From: Raillietiella orientalis
Lineage: Eukaryota
Assembly (NCBI GenBank): GCA_036172245.1
Contig: JAYWIR010000049.1
Span: forward strand, 1,054,001 to 1,118,000
Length of the DNA stretch: 64,000 bases
Reading direction: 5' to 3'
In this document: positions 35,128-48,400 of the stretch, piece after piece
Layout of the letters: each line of letters starts with the position of its first letter
Position numbering within the stretch: the first letter of the stretch is position 1
Translations under genes and position numbers: made by a program
The notes under the pieces: model-generated
The model's input: only the letters and a program-made list of their open reading frames with translations
What the model was told of the DNA's origin: nothing
The model's database searches: none

Positions 35128-38100
35128 ATGGTTAATGAAACGAATGAGGAAATCGTTGCTGGAGACGACCATCCAGTTCTTTATGTTTTTGTGGTTGGTT
35201 TTCATCACAAAAAGGGACCTATGGTATGTTATTGTACAGTAGCTATTGATAAAAACTGTGGACTGTTTTGAACTAAAGCACAGAATGATTATGTTTGCAA
35301 ACAATAATTTTGGGATTCTGTTTGTGTAAAAGCTTTCTTTGATCAAGCTGACACAGCATCACTATCAGCAGTGCACTCCACTCACCAACTTTCAGCAAAA
35401 TGCATTCAGTGAAAAATAATAGGAACAGGATGTGATCATAGGGCAATGTGGAGAGTTCGTTAATCGCTTTTAAATGATAAATGATCAAAAGTTTGTTAAA
35501 TTATAACGTAGAAGACAAAATTGTGAGAAAAAGTAAGCAAGATTTCAAAGTTAATATAGTTACAGTAGTCAAAACTTTAATCATTACTTAAAGTATAGGA
35601 TTGGTGATTTCTGATTTTTTATAATTTCGTTTGTGAGTTTATATCGTCAATCGGTTTTTTTGCCTTACCCAAAATTTACTCATCAAAAAGTGACGTAATT
35701 TATAACACTGCTGACACCCACATACGTTCATACCCATATCCTCCAAAAAAAAATCTTTGTCTAATAAGAATTATTAGATATCACCATAATTAACATCAGC
35801 ACAGTTAGGCGGATTCATGATTCAAAGCTTTTCACAGTGATGAAACTTATCTGAAATTTTTGTTTGGTCCATTTTTATTGAACGGAAGATGAGATTTTTT
35901 AATAACCTTATTTCGTTGTTTCAAATTAACAAAATGAACGTGTCAAATACAGTATAGTTTATAAGCTAATTACTATTGGCATTCCAGATTTCGTTGTGCT
36001 AAAGCTTTTGAAATAATTAATAATAAAGAGAGTACGTTTTTGATTCGATCGGTAATGTTTTATTATTTTCGGTTTTGAAAACTTGGGTCTAATTTCTTGA
36101 TTTGCTAAACATTGCTGAGCATCAGTTTTGTCTAGCATTTTCAATTTTGTAATTTTTTATTCCCTAAGTTAGGCAACTAAGAAAGGTAAAAAAAAAATTG
36201 CAAATTGATTGAATTTTCATATAAAATCAGTAAATTTGATTTGTTGGGATTTTCAGATGTTCATCATGATGTTCAACTATGTTCAACTTTTTTTCTTCCA
36301 GAAAAGTGTTAATTTAGTTTTTGCAGCTATCGTAATTACGAAAAGAGTGGGAAGTGTTGATAAACCTTTTTCATGCAGGACTTATTAAATTCACTCTTGC
36401 ATTAAAGCTTTGTATATTGTTATGTTATGAAAATTTTGGGTGTAATACATACAAATTGCATTATTTTGAAAAAGAAATTCATAATTTTAAAAAACTCTAA
36501 AAATAAAAATTATAAAATGTATAATAATTTTATAGTGATATAAAAATCCTTCTTTGAAGCTCCCCATTGAATTGTAATGGAAAAGGTATTTTAATAAAAT
36601 TAACACCGTAACTTTTAGATTGTGTGGAAAAAGCAATATGCATTTCAAGTTCTTTTCATTTATTCAAAAAATTAAATTCATTAATCAAGGTTTAATACCT
36701 TGATGTGATGTCAAGTTACTGTTTTTTTGTACATTTGGGCCTTATTACTCATGGAATGATTTTGCGTATCCTTGGTGAATGTGTCTTGAATAGTATAGCC
36801 ACACTGCACAGTATCATTCTTAGTACTCCATCATTCATGGGAGATGTTTTATGGACTATGGAGTAATTTAATGTATGCAAAACTTGTAAAACCAAACAAA
36901 TCTGTTCTATGGGATTTCTACAAATTGTCAGCTGTACCCTATTAAATTCTTAACTCTTTTGGAATATTTGTAGTTTGCTACTTTCATAAAAACAGATGCA
37001 CAAAATTTGAAAATTTAACCTGAAACTTTGAATGCCATCTGATCTTTTTCCATTGATTTTGTTTTTCTCACAAAGATTGCTATATCATTCTCTGGTTGTA
37101 GTGGTTATTAATTAATATGCAGAGTGTGACATCTTTTTTTGGTTAGGTATATCGATTCAATTTGCTGTTCAGAACCCTTACATGCCATCAGCTTGTTCAG
37201 TTGGTGTTAGTTTCCTAGTTGGAAGATTGAATTGTAGTTTTCATTTATGTGTGGCCACTATAAAATTGTGGGTAGCTATTTTTGAAGTGACTGAGTAATC
37301 AGTATTCATCAAGACATTTATTTCTCTCCATTGTTTGTTTGGTACAGTAGGTTTAGTAACATTTCATTTCAGTAAAAGTCATTGGCATATTTCATACATG
37401 GTGTATTTCCAAAAGTGACTTGTTTTTACATTATTCTAATTTGTTAGGAAAGATTTCCTGATAATAAGTGGTAATACTTATAAGACTGAATTGTTTATAT
37501 TTTAGGCGATCTTTCTTCAATGTATAACTTGGCATAGCATTCAATCAGTGTATAATCTTGCAGTTTCAGGTTTCTTGTTACGGTCCCCACATTCTTATTA
37601 CAGGCTGGAACTGTATTTGAAAGCTAGCATTGTTTCTGTTTTGCAAACAGTAATAGACTTTCAAATTTCTTAAAGTGCCTTTTATACAACTGTTTTATGA
37701 TTTTACCATTTTATGTATTTGCTATATAACTCGCATTTTAGATTTTGTTTGATTTGTGGCTTGTTCTTTTGTTTTCATTTACCCCTTTTCTCACTCCTCC
37801 TGTGCAGACCTCCTTGGGAAGGTGCTTACGAGAAGCAGCACTTCCGAGGCATTTCCCTTTGCAGTGGTGATGTGAAGCCACTGCTGCATCCCAGATCTTG
37901 GAAGGAAGTGTTTTGGCACCACATACTTGTCGATTTTCATTGGTTGTGGTTCTGTTTCCACAACATGCACTCATTTCTTACACGGGTGGTTTTTTTGGAA
38001 GTTCATAGGATGGCACAGCTAAAACTGACAGAATCATGCGACTTCAATTAGGGTTTGAAATCACACAAAAGGAACACATTTTGAGGATTTCTATCTGGCT

Positions 38101-40509
38101 TGTTCTTGAGGATGCTACAGCACACCTATTCACATGGACAGTCATCTGATTTGATATATCTAGTAAGAAGAAAACATATATCTCATCAGCATTTTTCAAA
38201 GAATTTGTAACAGCTTTGATTCTTTTACTGGTAATTCGTAATCAATTTTATATCACTGTTTCTTATCCAACCAAATATCTTTTGAGAATTTTAAAAATGG
38301 ATGACTTTTTGAATGCAGATTTGTGGTTCTTGAAAAAAAAAAAATTGTATTTTCCACAGTTGTTGTTTGTTGATTCATGTATAATGTTATCTTTATTCAG
38401 AAAGAAAATTTACTGATACACTCTCAGGTTACGTTGTTGTATGATGTTTTGAGTTTTTCTTATTTTTTTCTTCTTCAGAGTATTATATTTTGTAAATTAC
38501 ATTCATATATATTTTTCCACATTGTGGATCTTTACCACATACTTTTTCATGTTGTGCTTGCATATGTCATACATGTTTGTAATTGGGTATACATTTTTAT
38601 TCCCTCAAGTGATAGTGAACTTTGATACTTACTTCAATAGATTTTTCGAATCCTGTATACATATTTTACTAAGCCCCCATATAATCTTGTCAGTGCTTTT
38701 AAAAGCATTGAATTACTACTGTGTATATGGAATCAGTGTGAACATTTTGTATTTGTAAACACGCATGTATGATGCTAGCACAGAATTAAATTTACTAACA
38801 TAGATTTCTTTGATCTTTCAACTGTGTTGCTTAGATTGAGTATTGCTATCCTTCATTCCTTGAAAATTCTAAAGATTTAACAAATGGTTGGCGGAATCTG
38901 TCTGCATTTGCCATTCCGGAAGGAGCACATCATTGTGAAACTGATACAGTATTTTTCAACTTCCATCCTCAGTCACATCCAGGATTCACATTGTATGGAA
39001 TATCTTGTTACCGCCAAATAGAGGCCAAAGTGAGTAACTATAATGTGCACATTGTCAAGAAGTAGAAGATAGATGTTTGCTTAGGAAGTGAAAGATTGTA
39101 TGGATGAAATTACAAGAGGTACAGTGCAAAAAGCAGTATGTGTACTCAGTAGCCTGCCATTGTTTGGACACATTGAAGTACATGTAGCTCAGCTAACACA
39201 TTACTACATGGAACAAGGATTCTTAAGTGATTACTCTCAGTTTCCTGTGCTCTTCCGAAATTTAAATGCCAATCTGTCAGCTTCCATGTTACATACTTCT
39301 GAATTGTATTTGGGTATGCAAGAAGATAAACTCATTTCAAATGTGTCTATGGCAATCACTCAGGGCTAAGTTTAACACAACTTGTGAGATGCTTTCGTCA
39401 TCAGATCATTGTACTACTGAAGTTATTGCTCTTGGAAAAACGAGTGATATTTTATTCATGTCCTGCTGCAACAGCATGCACAACTATACTGTCGCTTCTT
39501 TCACTTTTGCCACACTGTTTAGAGGAAGGATTACACTGTGATTACAGTCGATCTCAACAAACATCTGTTGAACATTCTACAAGTTTCATTTCAGAAAGTT
39601 TTGGAAGTGACATGAAGTAAGTTTGTGTTTTTAACAGGCCTATTTCAGCTATTGTAGTATGACAGTTATAACAAAGGAATGTCTCAATCAGTGTCTTTCA
39701 CAGTTGCCCCTGAATCAGTTCAACTTGCATCATTTTGGATTTCCCTTACGCATCTTTGAGAAGGTAAAGACAAATTTCTACCCAGAAAATAGTACGTTTC
39801 TGTTGTAGGGTTACTTGTGCAATCCATATGTTCCATTGCCTTGCATTGATACTTTGGTTGATGCTAGTGTTCGTGGCTATGTAATTGGTGTATCAAATGC
39901 ATTGTTTAAACAAAGAGCACAGCTAGCTGATGTGTTGGTAGATGTTGATTCTGCGCAAATAAATATTCGAAATTCTGAATTACGCTGTGCTCTGCAGTTG
40001 GGCATTGCTGACAGAAGATTTGCTGATCATTTAGTTCAACATGTAACCCAGGCTAAGTGTTTGGAATCACAGCTTGAAACGTGGTTACGTTCTCACTGTT
40101 GGTCTTATTTAATCATGCTTTTAAGAACATCGTTGCAAGATGGTGAGCATCTGCATTTTTTCAATTATTTGAAATTATTTCAAAATTAGATATGGATGCA
40201 CAGATAACTCACTATAATCCTACATTTATCAGTTACTGGAAAAGTACTCACAACCATAAGATATGGTATGAAAACATAGATAGTAGTTTTCTTTCACTGA
40301 TTCCTGGACATCCATTTTCTGGACATTTAAATTTCTCTGATGTACGCATGCAACTATCACAGACAGTATCCAATTTAGAGCGTGGATGGCGTCAAAACCA
40401 AAATATTGCTTCTGCTGGCAAAGTTATGGGTAATGCTATCTCACAGGCCCAAGGAATGCTGACCAATTGGTGGAGTGGTATTGTTCATAACAAAGTAACA
40501 AAACCATGA
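35128..40509 (+). CDS. AVL9: Late secretory pathway protein AVL9 homolog (DENN-related), 7 coding exons, ~510 aa
   Basis: Exons: 35128-35223 (..VLYVFVVGFHHKKGPM), 38835-39029 (IEYCYP..AIPEGAHH.ETDTVFF..YGISCYRQI), 39085-39313 (TRGTVQKAVCVLS), 39364-39616 (FRHQIIVLLKLLLLEKRV), 39658-39763 (FGFPLRIFEK; an in-frame acceptor at 39648 is also possible), 39809-40142 (GYLCNPY..GVSNALF), 40190-40509 (HPFSG..WWS). All introns are GT-AG and phases are consistent. The motifs match the AVL9 family. Confidence 0.93.
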
Positions 40510-41930
40510 ACCCATGGTTTTGAAACGATAGAAAAAATTGCCCAAAATAAAATAAATTATGTCCAAAGAATTACAGCTTGAGAGGAAGCTGTTTTGTCCT
40601 GTACATGAAATGTGTTTTGCTGGATGTTTTATTTAGAAGTTTCATGAATGTCAGTATGATCTGTATGTGTTTTTTTGAGCTTCATGGTACTTTTATAAGA
40701 TTAAATTATTAAGGTTGGAACACTATGAAGTTATAATAATTGCACAGACATGGAAACTGCATTTGTGAAATGAATGCTTGATCACAGTAAAAAGTAATAT
40801 GTACGTGCAGGGAAGTGCCCTATCTGTAAAACTTTAGTATTGTTTACGAAACAGCTTTGAACCTTTTAATTGACCTTTCACATCGATAGCTGCATCTCAA
40901 AGTAAATAAACTAAGCTCATCCTCTAATCAGCATAACTGTCATTCTTGTGATTTTCTTAAAAGATCATTCAATTTCTAGTACTGTAGTTCTTCAGTGTAA
41001 CATATACAACTGGACAGAAAGCATGAACATGTAAAACTTGATCCTGAATTTGTCTTGGGAATATAGTTCAGTAAATGTCCTTATTCTGTCTTTTGAATGC
41101 ATGCGAATTTGTATTTCAAAGTTTTCAATTATCGATGGCAATCAGATCCATAAGAAATTCTCGCTTCAATATTGAAGCTGGTGTACTTGTACTTATGCTT
41201 GTGTTCAAAGAGCTCAATGTAAGTGCAGTACTTGTAATCAGAATGCTAGCAATAAAATAGATTACTTTTGTTGCTTTTTTCTTCAAGATAATTGTTGAAA
41301 AGGAAAGGTGTGGCAGATTAGAGGCACAAGAATTTTTAAAACAGATCATATGCACAAGTTGAAATTTCTGGGACCTGAATACCTCAAGTATCAACAATGG
41401 ACATCTGCAGATATACGTTGCAACGTTTTTGGTAAATAATTTCTTCAGTTTTGTAAGCTGAAAGTGCAGGAACTTCATTGGGGTGCCAAAAAATGAAATG
41501 CAATAGAAAATGAAGTAGATGAAGAGCATGGTGTGGTTGACAAGTTTTGATGATTCATCTACTCAGTCAATAAATGTAGTACTCATGCAGTTCCACTGTA
41601 TTGGTCCCATTAAAAGAATTCAAAACCTGGAAAATTGTAAACAACTGACAATTGAAACAATGCCTTATCGTTCTTTGATCAGTTTGCAAAAATACAACTA
41701 TTAGGAAATAATTAATCCACATGTATTTACGTCTGAATTAAAGTTTTCATATACATGCACAATAGAACAAAATAGTAATGAAAGAAAGTATATACATATG
41801 TTAATAGCACCACTATTATTGAACATTAGATACTACTGGAAATCAGTAATCTCAGCACCAATTATTAAGAGCCAACTATTTATGGCACTTGAAGAAATGA
41901 GATCGCAAATTCTCTAAAATGACCAGTTAA

Positions 41931-44900
41931 TTAGCGTTTTCCATAAATTGGATTCTTGAATGTAGAAGTAGCTTGTTTAAATATAGGATTTTCCTCCTGT
42001 AAAAACAAATGTGAATAGCTAAAAACTCGGTGAATGAACTTACAGTTTCCCATTTAAGTAAAGAAGTTTCCTTTTCAAATTTGGCGTACTCACGGCGATC
42101 ATGGATAGTTGTCAGTAACTTCCATACAAGAAGAGCAGCCATTCCAATTGCTACTATGGCTCCAATCACAGCCAGAACAATGGCTATACAAAGCCTTTGC
42201 TACACTTCACAAACATCACACACTTATTTACCTAAGATGTTCACTTCCACTGGACATTCCTTTGGTTTTTGAACTCGAACTATAAATTCTCCCTCATCAT
42301 TGTAAGAATACACAAAAGTGAAACGACAGTTGTCATCATCAATAACTGTGCATTCCTCATCTGTCTCATGGATCTCTAAACCAAGATAATCATAATTCTT
42401 ATAAAGCTTATTTTCTTACTTTGCGGCTTTTCCTCCTCAATTGGAACAAAAGTGCAGTTGAGACATTGCTCTTCAGTCAGTTCTCCTGTAGTATACACTT
42501 GACACTGGACACAAGGACTCAGTTCATTGCAACGAGTAGTGCATGTCTACAAAGCAAATAGTAATGCAGTCTCTCAAACTAAATTACTTACTGGGCACCA
42601 CTCACAATATTTTCCCGAGTATCGACCATCATTGGTATCATCACAAATACAAGTACCACATACACATGTCCCCTTTCCTGAACAAATTTCTCCTGATCCA
42701 GGGAGCATACAGGTATCCATTGTGTCTCGACATTCACATGCAGTTCCTGCCCATCCAGATTTGCATTCACACACTCCACAGTTGCAAACACCTTGCTCTT
42801 CTCCAGAACACAAGAGTCCATTATTGCGGTCACAAGAGAAATTGTCACATTCACAAAAAGCACCACTAACCATCTGCAAGAGGACTTATGCACTGCTGAT
42901 TAAGTATCTACCTCTTCAGGATTCTGACGAGGATAACATTCACACACTCCACAGAGACAATTGCCTCGGCCTGAACATAGTACTTCTGTAAAATTATCTG
43001 GACGGCAACCCACTTGATCTTCTCTTTCAACTTTGGTGTTGTCACATTCACAACTGCGTCCAAAGTGTGTGTCATCACACATGCAAATACCACACATCAA
43101 ATCCCCAGCAAAATTACATTCTTCAGCTACTGACTTAGGCTTATAACCCTAAACAAACATGTTGTCTTTGAAGATGGATGCATCACTTACAGCACTTCCA
43201 GGCCTCTCACAACCACAGTCACATAAAAGTTCCAGATCAAGTATCAGAGATTCATTAATTCCCACTGGATAGATGAGCAAAGTTTGATGCCAGTCAGCAC
43301 GATTTGCAGGACAAGATACCATCTAGAAAAGTTCTTAAGAAATTGGCCTTCATATTCCTACTTACTTCTATTTTTGCTGTAAAATCAATAACGTCTCCCA
43401 CTTTGATACCATCACATTTGTTTGTGGGACGAACTGGGCCTCCACCCAGACATGATGATAAATAGCTGATAACAACATGACTGCTGGAATTATCTTTGAT
43501 TTCCACTGATGATGATATTTGCTATATGTGGATGAGTGGAGAGAACCTGTGACTAACATTCCTACCTCATATTGCTCACGCACTAACTGTACAACATTGG
43601 AAGAATCATTGCTAAGGGTTCCAGAACTGGCACCTTCAATACTGTAACGTAGCTGATCATAGATACCTCGTTGTTCGGCAGTCACGGCAAAGATCATATT
43701 GATGGCATTTTCTTTGACTTTTGTGTTGATATGTGATACAGAAGGGTAATCCATTAGTGTGGAATGTGTATAATATCCACGCTGATCCAAGTGGCATTCT
43801 CCATCATTTGGAGTCACAATTCCTCCTAACTATGATATTTGTGAATTTTCGTTTGAGTGAGTTTCATTCATACCTTGCCATCACCAGCATAATGAAAGCT
43901 GGCATCTGTGGAGAAAACTAGCAGACGTCGGGCACGATCCCGCCAGCCAATCTGCTCCTTACACACTATAGCTTGCATAATAGCATCAAAGCCACCTTCT
44001 GGAGCATCTAAATTCCCAGAAACTGCAGCAGCCTTGACTTGGGCCTGCAATATCAAGAATGTAATATGACTGTAACTGATGATCTTTCTGCATTACCTCA
44101 AATTTCTTGCCATTGGTATCTAATGGCATATGATTGATAAAACCATATGGTGCAGCACACCCATCACAAGGTTCAATCAATCTGAAATGTGTGAAGGTTA
44201 ATTACATGAATCAAAAATTGCAATAGTGGATAGCATGAATGCATGGGATTAATTCCTTCAGGGTTCTATCATTTGTATGCTATGGCAGGCATGCATCTTC
44301 TGCTTGGGCAATACTTCAGAAAAAGAAGTTAAATTAGGTTTAATTTTCAGTCCAACTAAATCAATACAATACAAAAATTAAAAATACTCTACAATCCAAC
44401 ACTACTTTCTGCAAGGCTGGAGAATAAGTATTGGATGCTTAAATCACATTAGCAATTAGAAACAGTTTTGATTTTATAAACCGAAATAGTGGATGCTTTG
44501 CTTCCATTCTGTGAAAGCAGTCTTTGGAAACAACCTTCATTTTCAAAATTTCTTCCAAACATAGCACATGGAAATGGAAAGCAAATAAACAATTTCAATC
44601 ATTCATATGAAACACTTTTTGAAGTAATATCCACAGATTCTTCCAATGTAACTCAATAAGACCTTCCAATATTTCTTACTTTCTGGGAACAGTGCTCACA
44701 TATGGCATCACCACTTTGTCCACAAAGGATCCAAATCCCAAACGAAAATTGGATGTGATTTTCCCCATTTCTGTTGCCAATAGTTCTCCAAGCTCTGACA
44801 ACTTGTCTTTATCATCTTCCATTGATTTAGAGAGATCCATAACATAGTACAAGTCCACAGGATAATCTTCAGCCTGAGAGTAGGCAAACTTCAGATCATA

Positions 44901-45406
44901 GACTTCACCTATCTCCCAGAATGAGGTACATATCCATTTGCTATATAGGTCACTTACTCATCCTAAGTTTTAGGCTGGCACGTTGAGGTCGTATCTGGAC
45001 TGCTTCTTTAGATCTACCACCATAGCTTCCCTGAGATTCACTTTGTGAGAATATGGTTGCTTTGGAGAATTCATGATCTTGAAGTTTGGAATACTGATTA
45101 ACAGGATCAATAATGAAACCACGATCACACTGTAATTGCAACTGCTCATTAACAAATTGATTGCGTTGATTACATCGATATTGAGAACTGCCATCTGCAC
45201 TTGTAAAGTTCTACAGAAATCAGCAAATCAGCAAATTAATTAAGTACACATACTGGTTGACTGCACCAAGCACAAGATGGTGTACGAATGCAATCACTAC
45301 AAGACTGTTTAGAAATACATGGGTTATTGGTTGACGACTTTTTAAATCCATAACTATGAACACATGTTGTGAACATCCAGATGAATAACAAACTGATGGG
45401 ATGCAT
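41931..45406 (-). CDS. mys: Integrin beta subunit (betaPS/myospheroid-like), 14 coding exons, 812 aa
   Basis: Exons assembled by hand with GT-AG introns and consistent phase: 45406-45254, 45210-44958, 44908-44680, 44181-44097, 44044-43874, 43829-43566, 43521-43366, 43322-43191, 43148-42912, 42873-42592, 42546-42420, 42375-42232, 42183-42044, 41996-41931 (2439 nt including TAA). Contains a signal peptide, PSI domain ([10 protein letters not shown]), MIDAS DLSKS in [42 protein letters not shown], Cys-rich EGF-like repeats, a TM helix and the tail [18 protein letters not shown]...NPIF...NPIY. Confidence 0.97.
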
Positions 45407-48400
45407 CTTGATTACCGGCGTGATACGGTCTAAAAAGAGGGGAAATTTATAGATATCAAGCATGCATTTCGAAAATTTTTGTTCTGTATCTTGCTACTAT
45501 GAATGTTCTCCTCACGCCGTTCTTAAAAAAAAAACATTCTTAAATCGTACTACAAACATATTTCTCACAATTGCATACATTAATACTCACCGAAAATTAC
45601 GATCTGTTAATTATCACATTCACGCTATCGAGTAGGGAATTAATAGGAGGGGGAATCATTTATTTCTGACGGAAACTGGTGGATTTTAAGCATATGTTTC
45701 GATAGGATGCCCACCGTTTTGTAGCAATCAAAATTTTACACTAACGAACAATGAACTGGGAGTACTTTTAAAATTTCGAAGACGAGAATACGGGAAACGT
45801 ATGTAATACAAACGAATAAGCAGTGTGTGGTGCACTTTCGTCACGGATTTTCACATCTGTTGGGAGAGATCATCTGCAACGTACCGTCGGCCTTACGGAT
45901 CACCCAACGCCCACGGAGCCGACACACCGAGGTTTCCTCTTCAGAAGACGCCTAAAAATAGGTCTCATGGTGAATTGGGGTCCCGATAGGAGAGTCTTGG
46001 GTGTTTCGTTTTCGGGAACCCAACACGGAAAACGGAAGTCCGAGGGAAGAAAACGTAACTTCCACCCAAGTGTATGTTATTGTGCAAGGATTTTCCTCCT
46101 GGCCTTTTGCACGCTGCTTTTGCGCGAGCCGAAACGTGTTGAGAGTGTTTTGCAATGTGGTCGTGATTCATGTTCTGGACCACAACACTTTTTGGTGCGA
46201 CGGAAGAAGCAGCAATTGCCAGTGGTTGGTTTGGTTAAATTTCGTTTGAGTCTGCTTGGAGGCAGCATTTTTTGTATCCACCTAAGGATTCCGAGGATTT
46301 CAATAAAGACAGCTGCAAACATATATTTCGTGTTTCTAGATTCTTGGTTAATTTCCTCAAAAAAAAAAAAAAAACACGGATGAAAGTGCGTGGATTTGCA
46401 CATTGTTTTCCACAAAATTTCTTATACTTCGTTTTTGAAAAATCAAAAACGCAAGAAATTGACTTACTCCGAAATATGTATACGTTTTAAAAAAAAAAGT
46501 CATTGCCATGAACTTTTGGGAGAGTATTGTAGTTTTGAAAATACTGGAAAACAGAAACATTTTATGACAGAGGTCTGATGTTAAGGAAGTATCGACGATT
46601 TGGCAGTGGACGGTTTTAAAATATGTTTGTCACAGTGTGAAGTAATCGAATAGCTCACTGAAGTATTCTGTTTCTTTTTTATGAATCTTTATTTGCAACA
46701 AGAATCAAAAACGATTTATCCAGACAAAATGAGTTACAAATTTCAATCCAAGAGTTACTTAACCGTTTTCTTCTATCTGCTTTTCAAAAAAAATTTGCAT
46801 ATCTTAATAATTATCCATTAGTTTTTTTCTAGCATTATTTTAATCTCGTGTTTAGGATTTCTCTGTTACATTTCGCGTTAGCATGTTATAATATTTGTAT
46901 GAATTTCTTGCTTTCTTAATGGTGTTTGTAAGTCTTACATTATAAGCGTGTGTAAGCATATACACGCACAGTTGCTGCTCATGAAGATGTATTTTCCATA
47001 TTTATAGTTCACATTTTTTGTTACTACAGAAAACTCATGACCCTTTTTTTTTAAATTCAGTTCGTAGGTTTGTTTGTTTGTTTTTAATTCACTGTGTAGT
47101 CATTTGGTGCATTTTGCTAAGCTTTTCATTATTCATTCCTTCGTCAGCTTTCAGATTCTATTTCTTTTTAAAACTTTGCTTATAACTTCTAGTAACGGCA
47201 TTCGCTAAATATTTGCAAATTAGGAGAGAATTAGCTCATTAATTGCCCCTTCATCCCATTCTACAACATCATGTAGCACTGAGCTATACTTTTCCACACA
47301 TTTTCCACACATGTCCAACACAGACGTTGGTCCATGCTGGAGACAAGTTTTATTACTTTGTAACCGTATATATATGAATATACCAACAGCAACTTCGATA
47401 AACTCATATGAGATAACAGTATTTATCATGAAAATGTATATTTTAAGTTTTGTTATACGCGTTCTTTCAGAGTAAAGAAATATGAATTTGATGCATTCAG
47501 GGTCTTTCTTCTGGTACATTTTAAGTTTTCAAAACTAAAATTTGGATAACCATTATTAAATCCATAATGCTATACTTCAAGTTGGAAACATCCTCATCAA
47601 GGAAGACGAAACCGTAAATCATCCAATTATCGAAAATCCATTTCATAGCTTAAGTCTGCGTTAAAGGAAGCAATTTTTAAACTAGCATCCTGGATGAGAT
47701 AAGAATCTCTGTTCAGTGAGAATCCATTTCCGCTTATCAACCCACGCATTCACCCTTATATTATGCATTCGCCATCGCCTTCTACAGACTCAAAATAATC
47801 CTTCCTTCACGAAAAATGGTACTTGCCATAAACGAAAAATGAAAAAAAAAAACACCCCAATTGTCGCTTTTTTTTTTTTTTCCAAAAAGAAGACAATTTT
47901 CCCTCGACAGGTTTGCACTGCCATCTAAGCTACACATATGCAAGGAAACTGCAGCTAGTTGAGTTGAAGCATCAGACTTGTTCCGTTTTCTTAATTGATA
48001 TTATGACTCTTGGTGGTACAAAAATTAAGCTTAATTTGCTTTTTTTATCTTGATTTCCATTGTTTTGTAATTTTTGAAACAAGCAAGCTCAATCACGTGA
48101 ACGTTCTACACCAATTAAAAAATATATAATTTCAGGAGTTCTCTTGTGCAATTGTCATTACTATAATTATCGTTATTCATTACTGGTAGCAGTTATTAAT
48201 GATATTGGAGCCATTAATTCCTTCATTTCATGAAAATGGATGTGTCGTCCTATGTGATACTCTAATTCAGATCACATTTTTATTTCCTATTGTAATATTG
48301 CTCGAGTCGTCAAAGTGCTTTCTGACAACTCCAGAAACGCTCCATTTTGTTCGAGAATCATGCAGTAAGATGCAGTAAGATGGTTGCCCTCAGAACCTTT

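Noticed and set aside
45823..46415. ORFs upstream of the integrin as a divergent gene
   Set aside because: No recognisable domain or splice pattern. More likely promoter or 5'UTR sequence.
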